This document shows, in pieces, positions 11,351 through 22,370 of a stretch of DNA of 64,000 nt. A program made the translations under genes and the position numbers. The notes under the pieces are model-generated. The model saw nothing but the letters and a program-made list of their open reading frames with translations, searched no databases and was not told where the DNA came from. The stretch is from Felis catus (lineage: Eukaryota): assembly GCF_018350175.1 (NCBI RefSeq), contig NC_058368.1, forward strand, positions 31,064,001 to 31,128,000, read 5' to 3'. Positions within the stretch are counted from its first letter, which is position 1; each line of letters starts with the position of its first letter.

Positions 11351-13169
11351 GTAACTTGTGCATGTATGGAGTCATTAATTTTGCTTTCAAATGAAGAATT
11401 TCCCCTTGGAAGAAAGTCACTACTTTACACATAATCATTAATTATGTCTCCAATGTATATATTCACAATACATCTTCTGACAGAGTACATATACATGCGT
11501 GTGCATATATCTATTTTTTCCTTCAATAATTCTGAGTAGAAATGTCTGCATTAAAATAAGGTAAAACTAATACTTATTAGAAGAATGTACAAGGCTAAAT
11601 ATAAACAATCTCAGATTGTTTTAAAAATAAAAAGTCTTCTCTCAAATCACTTATTTAAATGTAAATTAAATAAACTCGATTAATTGAGAACTAAACTAAA
11701 ATCAGGAAAAGTCATTCTGAATCAATGTTCTGAATTTCTTTTTTAAGAAGTGATAATTTTATTTTTCATGTATATGCCTTTCTCTATTCAAAACGTGTGA
11801 AAAGTCAGCGGGATTTTGCAGTCTTAAAAGAGTAAATAGACTGAGAATTGTAATAGCACATGCAGAGAATGAATCATTTCTTGCTAAGATTGGGAATGTC
11901 AACCCAACATCTGGACCACACAGCAGTGACAAGTTTTTAACATAAAACACAAGTTTGCAATTATAATTTTTAAATATAAAAAGAAATTATAGATTCATAT
12001 TATTTTATATAGACCTGTTTTCTTCCTTTAAAGACTTCTAGGATTTATTAAAAATCTGAATTTATATTCTCATCCCATCTGAGAAATTACAGAGCAAAAG
12101 GGGCAATTCTAATTTATACTTAGGAAGAGTAGGCACACAAAAGGGAACCACTCATTCAAACTCAGGTGGGGTCATTGCCTGAAGCTTGAATAGAAAGCCT
12201 GGGGTTTTTTATTAGCTAGTCCTAATTTCTAGTCCCACCTTTAATCACATGTTGTTTTATGAAACCATTATATAGTGACTACAAAAGCTCTGTTAATATA
12301 TTCAAATTAGAGTAGAATTGTGCTTATGTCAATAAACCTGGTTCATTCAGGGGAGAATATTTAATATAACTTTCATTACTTCAAATAGTACAACTTACTC
12401 TTTACAGGTATAATAGCAGCTTATGGCAATTTTTTTGTTTCTGTTTCTGTTTTTTTCTCCTCCCCAATAAAAGTGGTTCTCATCCTAGGTCTACACGTTT
12501 ATAAGCATTTGGTGGAAGATTTGTATCAGGTTAGGGAAGTATAACTTTTCACCAAAAGAACTAGTTAACCTTTCTTAAAATAGCTGTCAGAATCTCCTTT
12601 TCAGTTCTACCCTTTAAAAAAAAAATCTGACCACTTTTAATACCACTAACGTCCTTGAGCCTTAGGTAATCCACTTGAAGGACTCCACTGTAATGTTGCA
12701 GGTGATGGGAAGCTTCATTCCTGGAATCTGAAAGCCAGCTCACTACATTAACCATCTGAGTGGTGGGCAGGGATTTTTCTCCTGGACTCTTCAGAAATTT
12801 GGCCTAAGGGAATAATGAACTTTCCCCTATCATAAAAACTAAGCTTTAAGCGTTGTCAAGAGAGTATCAAGGCCCCACCATGTAGAGGCGCTCCTCTGTA
12901 CCCTGCTGATCTGGAATCAGGAAGGCTGGATCCCATCCAAGGGTCCCTCTCATAGGGAGACGAACAGCTACCAAGATGTGCAATAAACAACCATCTGCAT
13001 CTGAAGGAAAGTTATATGTTATTTTAGCAGGAGCTGATAAGTCTAAAAATCACCTATTTTTTTTTTTAATATAGGGATGGGATTTTGCAGAAATATCAGA
13101 TCTTGTTTAATTTGTAAAATTACATACTATAACTCTTCTGTGTAGTTTGTGTTCAATGTAAGTTTAAAT

Positions 13170-13395
13170 ATTTTTCTTTTAATTTGAGAGGAGAAGTGTG
13201 AGAGACAGAGAGAGACAGAGAGCATGAGCAGGGGAGGGCCAGAGAGAGAGAGAGAGGGAGACACAGAATCCAAAGCAGGCTCCAGGCTCCGGGCTGTCAG
13301 CACAGAGCCTGATGTGGGGCTCAAACCCAAGAACTGCAAGATCATGACCTGAGCTGAAGTCAGACACTGAACCAACTGGGCCACCCAGGTGCCCC
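13170..13395 (-). mobile_element. Can-SINE (SINEC_Fc-like), downstream unit of a dimer
   Basis: caggctccaggctccgggctgtcagcacagagcc...ccacccaggtgcccc. Confidence 0.92.
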
Positions 13396-13526
13396 AAGAG
13401 AGAGAGAATCGTAAGCAGCCTCCACATGAGCTTGGAGCCCGACATGGAGCTCGATTCCACAACCCGGGGATCATGACCTGAGCCGAAATCTAGAATTGAG
13501 TGTTTAACTGAGCCACCGAGGCGCCC
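13396..13526 (-). mobile_element. Can-SINE (older type, no tail), upstream unit of a dimer
   Basis: gagaatcgtaagcagcctcc...tcatgacctgagccgaaatc...gagccaccgaggcgccc. Confidence 0.85.
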
Positions 13527-15307
13527 ATCAATGTAAGGTTATGTTAGAACATTATGGGTTGCTAACTTTTATAAAAGAATGTCTCTAAATGGGCACAGTC
13601 ATCAAAATGCTGCTTTTGCCTTCAGTGACACTTCTTATATTCTCAGACAGATTGTTTACATTATGGCTTGTTGTTAACAACAAAAAAACACATTGTGCTG
13701 TAAAGAAGGAAACATTGTGACACACAGTCATGTTCGTTCCCATTCCCATAATCCTCCTACGACAATATAATTGCTGTTTAGTTAATAAGCCTAAGTACCA
13801 GTGATGAATGTAAGTTTATGTATGGCATATTGATGATAATATCTGAGTAGGATAAGCTGCCAAATGAGAGGCAACGAAAAAGAAATATTGCAGTCCAAAT
13901 TGCATCCCAAATAACTATTTTTCTCTCTGTGCAATCAAAATTGTATAGTGTACAGTTATTTCCATAAACACCCATTGGTGCTGCGGAATGAAAATAATAA
14001 CTTCATGTGATTCACAGCAGATGCTGGTAACATAAACCTACACACCTGTGGTGAACAGGATTTAGTAATTTCTCCATGATTAAGGAAATGTATGCTTACT
14101 GTTCTGCAATTGCAATGGGTTGTGTATCTTTTCTATTAGACTTGTAATTAATCATCAAGGCATGAACTGCTTGATGCCAGGTAGATTTAACATTCTGGGA
14201 GGTAGGTTAGGGTTGGATACAGAATGTGTTGTACCGTAAATGAAACACATGAAGCGCTCTCCAATATTTCTTTGTTTGCCAGCAACATGTTAGGTAAATG
14301 AGACGTAGCAAAAGGGAGACTCTAAATCAGCAGTGAAAAGTGGGCCTTTTTTAGTTCAGGCTCAATGGTAGATCTTCCTTTCTTGCGCTTGTAAAGTTTT
14401 AATAGATCTATTTTGGTATTGTTCGTGAAAGGAGGAAATGGGTTGCTGGTAATGTAAGTGGGCAAAGTACACTTGAAACGATAACAAGAGAATAAAGAAA
14501 GCATTGTCACGGTCTGTATAAGGAGAGGATCAAGCTACAGTAATTCAGGTGTCCCCTAAGCAAGCCAGAGCTCTTAGCTAACTCTAGTAAAAGGTTCTAA
14601 ACAGACTCTTTATGAAGCCAAAGATGGGTATAAAGGACACTCTACCTCCTGGTAATATCAGAAGAAGAGAAGAGAGCTAAGCAGAAACATTAAAGTGGAT
14701 AGATTGCTGCTAGTGTCCTGCTGTGAATAAGAATGAAGACACGCCTTAAAACCGTATGTAAAAGATGAAGCTTTCTTTTCCCAGACTTGTTCTTCCTAGG
14801 TTATTTTGTAAACCAGCCTCGGTATTATACCTTCACCACCTAGCATGTGTTCAGGAGTGGCTTAATCTGTGTGCGTCAATATTTTAATAATTTGCACGGC
14901 CAAGGACCCTTCTGGGGAAAGTTTTAAAGACTAACCATAGGTTCAACCCCTCAGAGCTTTGTATTGAGCTTTATATTGACCAAGGAAATCATGGGAAGGT
15001 AAAAGGAAACTGACCTGTTCTGACAGATAGTAGTAAGTAATTTAGAAATCTGGAACAAAATGAAACAAAATAAAACAAAAAGGCACAAAAAGCATGCAGG
15101 AAATAAACTTTCCCAGTTTTACAACCATTTTATACGACTATGTTAAGTCATCAATTCAGTCCAAAAATTAGATTTGTTGACAGTGTGATGAAGGAATAGT
15201 GATATTCCAAGAAGATCTATAATAAAACAGTTGTTTTTATAAAGAGTCATTCAAGATTCCTGCTTTTTTTCAAAGGAATGATTACATTTTAATCAGTGTG
15301 TTTTAAA

Positions 15308-15525
15308 ACTATGGCAAACTATGGTTCACAGGCCAAATGCAGCAACTGCCTGTTTTTATGAAGAACGTTTTATTGCAACACAGACAAGCCCATTGGTTTA
15401 TCTATTGTCTATGGCTGCTTGTGAGTTACAGCAGTGGCCGAGTTCAGTAGTGGTGACAGTCGGGCCACAAAGCCAAAAATATTTACTCTCTGACCTACAG
15501 AAAAAAGTGTGCCAACTCATACCTA
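15308..15525 (+). mobile_element. MER58A-like hAT-Charlie element
   Basis: ggcaaactatgg...ggccaaat...tattgtctatggctgctt...aaaaatatttactctctgacc...aaaaaagtgtgccaac. Confidence 0.85.
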
Positions 15526-15808
15526 GACAAATCATTTGAATTTTACTTTGTAGCGGTCACTTCAATTGTGGGAAATGGCAGCAGACCAAAATACGTCTTA
15601 CTCCCACAAATATAAAGCAATTTCTGTCCATTTTGATGAATTGTTGACTTAGGACTTCTTCAAGGATTAGAATTGCCTTTATAAAATTAAAGAAAGTACT
15701 TCTTTTAAATCATTGCTCTTATTGAAATGACATCTGTTCAGCATTTTAGCATTCTTCTTTCTAACCCACACCAAGTCTAATGGGAAGTTGATTTAAAAAA
15801 TGAGTTGA

Positions 15809-16028
15809 GGGGCGCCTGGGTGGCGCAGTCGGTTAAGCGTCCGACTTCAGCCAGGTCACTATCTCGCGGTCCGTGAGTTCGAGCCCCGTGTCGGGCTCTG
15901 GGCTGATGGCTCAGAGCCTGGAGCCTGTTTCCGATTCTGTGTCTCCCTCTCTCTCTGCTCCTCCCCCGTTCATGCTGTGTCTCTCTCTGTCCCAAAAATA
16001 AATAAATGTTGAAAAAAAAAACAAAAAA
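15809..16028 (+). mobile_element. Young SINEC_Fc
   Basis: Near-consensus and CpG-rich; TSD aaaaaa(t/c)gagttgag at 15795-15809 and 16023-16037. Confidence 0.97.
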
Positions 16029-17670
16029 CGAGTTGAGTAACATTATACGACACATCCTCAGCCAGCGCCTTTTCATAGTCTAAGATGTTGAGCTGCAATT
16101 TTTACGCAGTTTTTTCATACAGCTGACTTGTTTACAATTGACTAGCCCTAGGATAGTACTAAATTATTCCAACAATGCACACCATTGGGGCTAGTAAAAA
16201 ACCTTCTGAGGGGAAAAACAATAACAACAACAACCAAACACAAACAAGCAAGGGCACAGGAAAAGTAACTTTTCCTCCTGGAAGGTTCTTCAAGTTCATA
16301 AGCCTTATAGGCATAAGTAAAAGAGAATTACTAGACAAATAATAGTTACGAGATCCAAATACATCTAAAGAATAATTATGCTCATACTTTTTAATACATA
16401 GATGTCTACTCTGCAATGCCATCGAGTATCATGAACATTTGAAAAGGAAAGCCCATCAAAAAATATCTGCCGAGCAGCCGCAGTCTCTGCTGGCCTATAT
16501 GTGCATTTTATTACATATTCAGAAAACAGATAGATGAGCACGTTTTGGAGAATTTGTGATGATCAAAGTGTTCTCTTAAAAAATGCAGGGCTACTTAGCC
16601 ATTCATTTTTGCAGACAATGGGTATAGTTAAAATGACGTTCTGAAGAAACAGCCCACGGTGCATATTTAGCATCTTAAAATGCCATATCAGCTGCTTAGA
16701 ACTCTGAGTTGTGGGAGGTGTGCGTAACTGCCTCTCATTTAATAAATTGTCATTATTTTTTTTAAAGAGAATCGAAAGTTGGATTTGTTCTTGCCTTTCC
16801 CCTGCCTCCTCAGTTCCATGTGCCCGTGCCGTGTACGGTACATTCTTTCTGCCCTCCCACTTTCTAGAGATCTGCCTGACTTTGAAATTGTATCAGAAAC
16901 AATAGAGGGGGGAAGAAATCTACGTTGTGTTTTGAAACTAAATAATGAGCCGGTTTACTCAGTAGGGATATTCAGGATGTTTTTATTTTCCCCTCTGTAT
17001 AATGTTTGTAATCTCTGCTAGCTCTTGTTGGTAGAGAGTTTTCAATAATCTTTTCTCGTTCAATATTGGAGGATTCTGAAAATGTATTGTATTTTCTTGT
17101 AACAAATAAGCATTTTTAAAGGTCTGTGGCTTCTGCTCTGAGTCTGTATACAGCAAGTAGCAGATGGAATTTTCATTCTGATAACTGTGAAGAACTACTC
17201 TTCACATATAAAAATAACAGTGCAGATGAGATGTCCCTTTCCAGATATGCTTCAGCCATGTCTGGAGTTTAATACCCACAACTCTATTCTTAACACACCC
17301 AGTTTTTAGGAGTTCTAACCAATGTGCCATGTAGAATGCAGAAAGTAGGTGTTCTGTTTTATGAATGTGGACTCATGTGATGAGAGATTACATCCTCTGG
17401 ATAATTCACTCAGCATTAAAGTTAAAAAAAAATTGAATAGTGAATTATTCCCTTTATACCAGTCTTTCTTTGTCAATGAAAATGCAGAGAAATGCAGAGA
17501 AGCTGGGCTTAAAATGGCATCTATGTTAAGGACAGTAATATGGAAGAGTAATCAGAAGCATGGGCTCTGGAGATAAAATTGTCACAAAGTTTACATAAAA
17601 TAATGTTTGCAAGTACTTCGCACAGTGCCTGACACATAGTAAATGCATATAGTCATAAAAAAGATTGCCT

Positions 17671-17877
17671 GGGGGAGCCTGGGTGGCTCAGTCGTTTGAG
17701 CATCCGACTTTGGCTCAATTCATGATCTCATGGTTCTTGAGTTCAAGCCCAGTGGTAGGCTGGCTGCTGTCAGCGCAGAGCCCGCTTTGGATTCTCTGTC
17801 CCCCTTTCTCTCTGCTCCTCTGCCACTCGCACACTCTCTCGCTTTCTCTCTCTCTCAAAAATAAGCATTTAAAAAAT
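17671..17877 (+). mobile_element. Can-SINE
   Basis: gggggagcctgggtggctcagtcg head; TSD aaa(g/a)attgcctg. Confidence 0.93.
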
Positions 17878-20745
17878 TGCCTGTTGTTTTATTGTTGTTA
17901 TTGTTACTGCCCCTCCCCCTTCCTCCTCCTAATTTTACTACAGTAGCATGTTGAAGTGAGTTTTGAGGGGGCATATTAGAATCAAAATATTTTTCTTCTC
18001 CAACTTCACTATCTTGTTTGCACTTGGGAATTTCCTGTGCATCTGATTTATACATGGTCCCAACTAATGCCTCATGACCCAGTGTACCAGATGATACCTC
18101 ATTCCCTGACTTTTGTGGTTATAAATTATAAATATAAAATTGGGATTGGTAAAATTAAGCCATAATATTTCAGGAAGTGTGGGGAAACGAGTATAGAGAT
18201 TAACATGAATTTAAGCGATTGCTTTTCTATTCATGCATATCACTACCTCTGTAGGCAAAGACATTAGGTTCATTACCTATAGTTACCCCTCAAAACAGGG
18301 GGTTCCAGTTCTCCACTGCACCGGATTAGTTGTCCAGTATAGTTTAATGAGCAGGCAGGGCTCTCAGTCTGTAAAATGTGCAAATAATATGACTTTACAA
18401 TTTAATTTGTATTTTAAAGCCCTAAAACATAAGGACAGGTTAAATTTCATTCTGTTAGAGCTCCCTTTTTTCAAAGGGTTGTGACTAATTTCCAGGTACT
18501 TACACAGTGCCAAGTCTTTGTTGGAGGTGGGGGGCCCTTGAATCATCTGTTCGCTCAGGCACTGGCTAATGCCATTATGATCCATCATATCCTATTACCT
18601 CAAAAATCGCACTTCTCTTTCAACATGTTCCCTGTTCCTCTCTGCATGGCTTCTCAGGAACTGGAGCACTCTCCAGTACTTCTGTGCAATGTTCTAAAAC
18701 TACCAAAGGATTTGCACTTTTGACATATGAAAGCTGGATGCATAGCCTTCATTTTTGGGTTTTCAACCTCTTGCATACCTCCCTTTTGGAGAAACCTGAC
18801 ACCTGATCAATTTTTTCTTTTAAGTGTGAGGGAAGAAAAGAGAAAATACCAGGTGGGGAAAATTAATTTTTCAAACATTGTCCTTACACAGGAATTAGTG
18901 CACAATAGCCCCAACCCACATTCTCAGACTCTCATCTTAAGACATTGGGGGTTTGAAGATCCAAATCACAAAAATGGTAATACATGAGGTGGTCACCTTT
19001 ATGAGGAGAAGACTAGGATATCCTAGTGTTCACTAGGATAGAGCCATGGAGCTATACTCATGATCTCTCCATAGTTGTGCAACATTTCCTCTTATGCACA
19101 GGCTCTAAATGGAAAAGAGAAGTATGCAGAAAGGAACCCAAATGTTCAAAATTTAGAAGGTATCATTTTCAGTGACAGAGCTTATGCACTGAATGCTTTG
19201 TGAATTGGGTTTTTTGGTGTGTTGTTTTTTTTTTTTTTATTTGTTTGTGCTTCTTTTAATTTAGCAAACAAGAAGGATTGAGAACCTGTTTTTCATACAG
19301 GTCTCTTTCATTGTTGAGTACTATTTGTCTAAAAATCAGAAATCATTGTATAGATAGACCATGGAAAATAATTCAGTAGGAAATGGAACTTCTTGGACTA
19401 CTCTTAAATGGGCCAGTATACAGGATGACCTTCTGAAGCTAAATCTGTAGCTATCTCTAAGTCCTGATCACTTTAAATCACCCTTAGTTATATTGAGTTT
19501 CAAGCTAGAACACTGTTGATAAGCTTTCTGATACTACCATGTATGAAGAAAAATCCCTGAGGTAGGAAATTTGCAAGAGTATGAAAAGGAAGTAAGAAGG
19601 CTGTTGATCTTCTGTGTTATCCTTCTCAGGTTTAAATTCGTGTTTCATAAGGGATAGGATGTCATTGGCTAATGTGAGGGAAACTGCGAGTCTAATATCT
19701 ACCCTCACTTCCATATACAAATCTCAGATAAACATGCAGATTGCATAACCAGTATTTCCCATAGTTAGATGAGATTCAAGAAATCAATCATTTCTGTCTT
19801 ATTTCATGTTTACAGGCCATCGTTCTCCTCCAACTTGAAGGCATAACATTCAAGTGCTGGAACTCACCTTACCTATGACAAAAACACCCCATTACCAGAG
19901 TAGACGGATTTCTTTGGCTGGCTTTCCACTTGCCAAGCCTCATTTCTCATTTTTATCCTGCAACATACGTTACTTAGAGTATATCGGGCTGTTCAACAGA
20001 CACTGGCAGAAGTTCTAAATAGAAGGCTTGAAATACTTCTGTAGAATATACTTTACCATTTTTGATCTCGAATAAAGGGGGAAAAAACATATAAACACCT
20101 ACATTGCTTTACTCTGATTCATCCATTTCCCAATCTTGACATACCTTTCCTCTGTACCTCTCCTTTTGATAAAATTTCAGAAAAAAATTTCAATGAAATA
20201 TAAAGTAGAAATGCTTAATATATTGAATCCTTATCCTAGACCTTGGAGCTTGCTTTGCTAGAGAATCTCGTATTGTAGAGTTGTTCTGTGGGCTCTATCA
20301 GTAGAACAAGGCATTAGAGCAGTTCTATTTGTCTTCTTCTAGATCTTCACATAGAAAAGTAAAATGTGAACCAGAATTTCTTTCTTTTAAAAACAACTCA
20401 GCCTGATTCACACTTCTTGAAAAAGTTAAGGATGCTTCTTACAGGAACTTTGTAGAGTGGTTTCCTTCTATTGAGATAAAGTCAGCAAGTAAAATTAATG
20501 CAAGAAATCAGTCAAAACAGAACTAGAGGTGATTTGTAGGTGGATTTTGACAGCCTGGCTATCGTGGTAATTGAGCTGGAGCTTTTATAAAATCATCTTC
20601 TCTCCTAAGAGTTACATCACTAACAGGTTTGAATTTCCTTTATTCCAACCATCATGTAGGAATTTTCAGTTAAGGCAAACGATTACTCAGATATCGAAAA
20701 AAGAAAAGAGTGAAAGCAAAACAAAAACAAAACACAACACACACC

Positions 20746-20750
<5 letters not shown>

Positions 20751-20783
<33 letters not shown>

Positions 20784-20838
20784 CGTGTATATATACACAT
20801 ATATGTATAGGTGTGTGTATATATAGAATACATATATG
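20751..20838. repeat. (TG)n/(TA)n microsatellite
   Basis: Read directly from the sequence. Confidence 0.95.
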
Positions 20839-21039
20839 TTACTCATTTGATAAATTATTTACGTATTTGTAGACAGTTTGAAAAGCAAAAGTGATGATAT
20901 TTATTCATATTTATATGTACTTAGATGAAGGGCATAAGCACAGAGCTAGTATTCAGTAAACAAGATGGTCATAAATGACTTAAAAACCTTGAGTTTTATA
21001 TAGCTGTTATCTGCAAATAATACATTTATCACCTTCAAA

Positions 21040-22370
21040 TGAAACAAAGAATGTTCATTTTCACTAGGACATTGAAAATCACATCCAAGTAAAACCACAC
21101 CCACTCCAGAATTTACAAAGAATCAGAATGTATAAAAACCAAAATATATGAAGAGCTCTTAAAACTCGTAATAGGACAACCCAATTTTTAAAATGGGTAA
21201 AATATTTTAAAAGAAACAAAAGAGGAGATATGAATGGCCATTAAGCACACAAAAGAATACTCAACATCATTAATTGGAACATACAAATTAAAACCACAAT
21301 GAGATAACACTACATAGCTATCAGAGTGACTGCAATCAAACAAAAAGTAGATTCAGGTCTATAAATCCAGAGAATAGACTGACGGTTGCCAGGGAAGAGG
21401 GTGCTAGGGGAATGAGCAAACCAGATAAAGGGAAGTAAGAGGTACAGTTTTCCAGTTGTCTAATGAATACATCACAGAGATGAAAAGTACAGCATAGGGA
21501 CTATAGTTCATGGTATGGTAACCATGTTGTATGGTGACAGATGGTAGCTATACTTGTGGTAAGTAGAACAGGATATATAGAGTTGTGGAATCACTACACT
21601 GTATACCTGAAACTAATGTAATATTGTGTGTCAACTCTACTCAAACTAATTAAAACAGACAGTATCTAGTGCTGTTAAGGATTCAGAGAAACTGGAACAC
21701 TCTTAGGCATTGTTGGAAATGTAAATTGGTGCAGTGACTTTGGAACACAGTTTTCCAGTTGGTTAAAAAGCTAAAGATACCCTAACCGTAAGACCCAGCA
21801 ATCCTCTCCTAGGTAATGACCCACATTAAATGAAAATATAGGTCCATGTAAAAACCTGTAGGCAAATCTTACAAAAGCTTTATTTATTATCACTAAAAGC
21901 TTCAAACAACCTGAATGTCCAACAGTAGGGGAGTGGATAAAGGACTTGTAGGATGTCCATACAATGAAATACTACTCAGCAGTAAAAAGGAGCAAACCAC
22001 TGATAATATACAACAACATGGATGCATTTCAAAAGCATTATACTAAATGCAGGATCCAGAAAATTATGTTAAATGTATAGATGCTATACATCCTTTATAA
22101 TTCCATTTGTTTGACATTCTGGAAAAGGCACAACAATAGTGACAGAAACCAGATCAGTGCTTGCTAGGGTCTGGAAGTAGGGAGAAGGGGGTTGAATACA
22201 AAGGGGTATGAGGAGACTTTTGGGAGTAATGAAAATATTCTATATATTGATTGTGATGGTGGTTAGAGGATTATATACATTGTCAAAATATATAGAATTT
22301 GACACCTTTTTAGGGGGGATTTTGCTATATTTAAATTATATCTAGTAAACTAAAGATAAAAGAAGAAAAT
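21040..22370 (+). mobile_element. Old L1 (L1MB/ME-like) ORF2 end and 3'UTR, with a younger L1 3' fragment nested at about 21345-21655
   Basis: aaattaaaaccacaatgagataacactac, gacccagcaatcctctcctagg and gaaatactactcagcagtaaaaagg. The nested piece ends aactaatgtaatattgtgtgtcaactctactc. Confidence 0.82.

Noticed and set aside
12871..12895. CTCF-like motif ccaccatgtagaggcgc
   Set aside because: Spacing does not fit the CCACYAGRKGGCRC core
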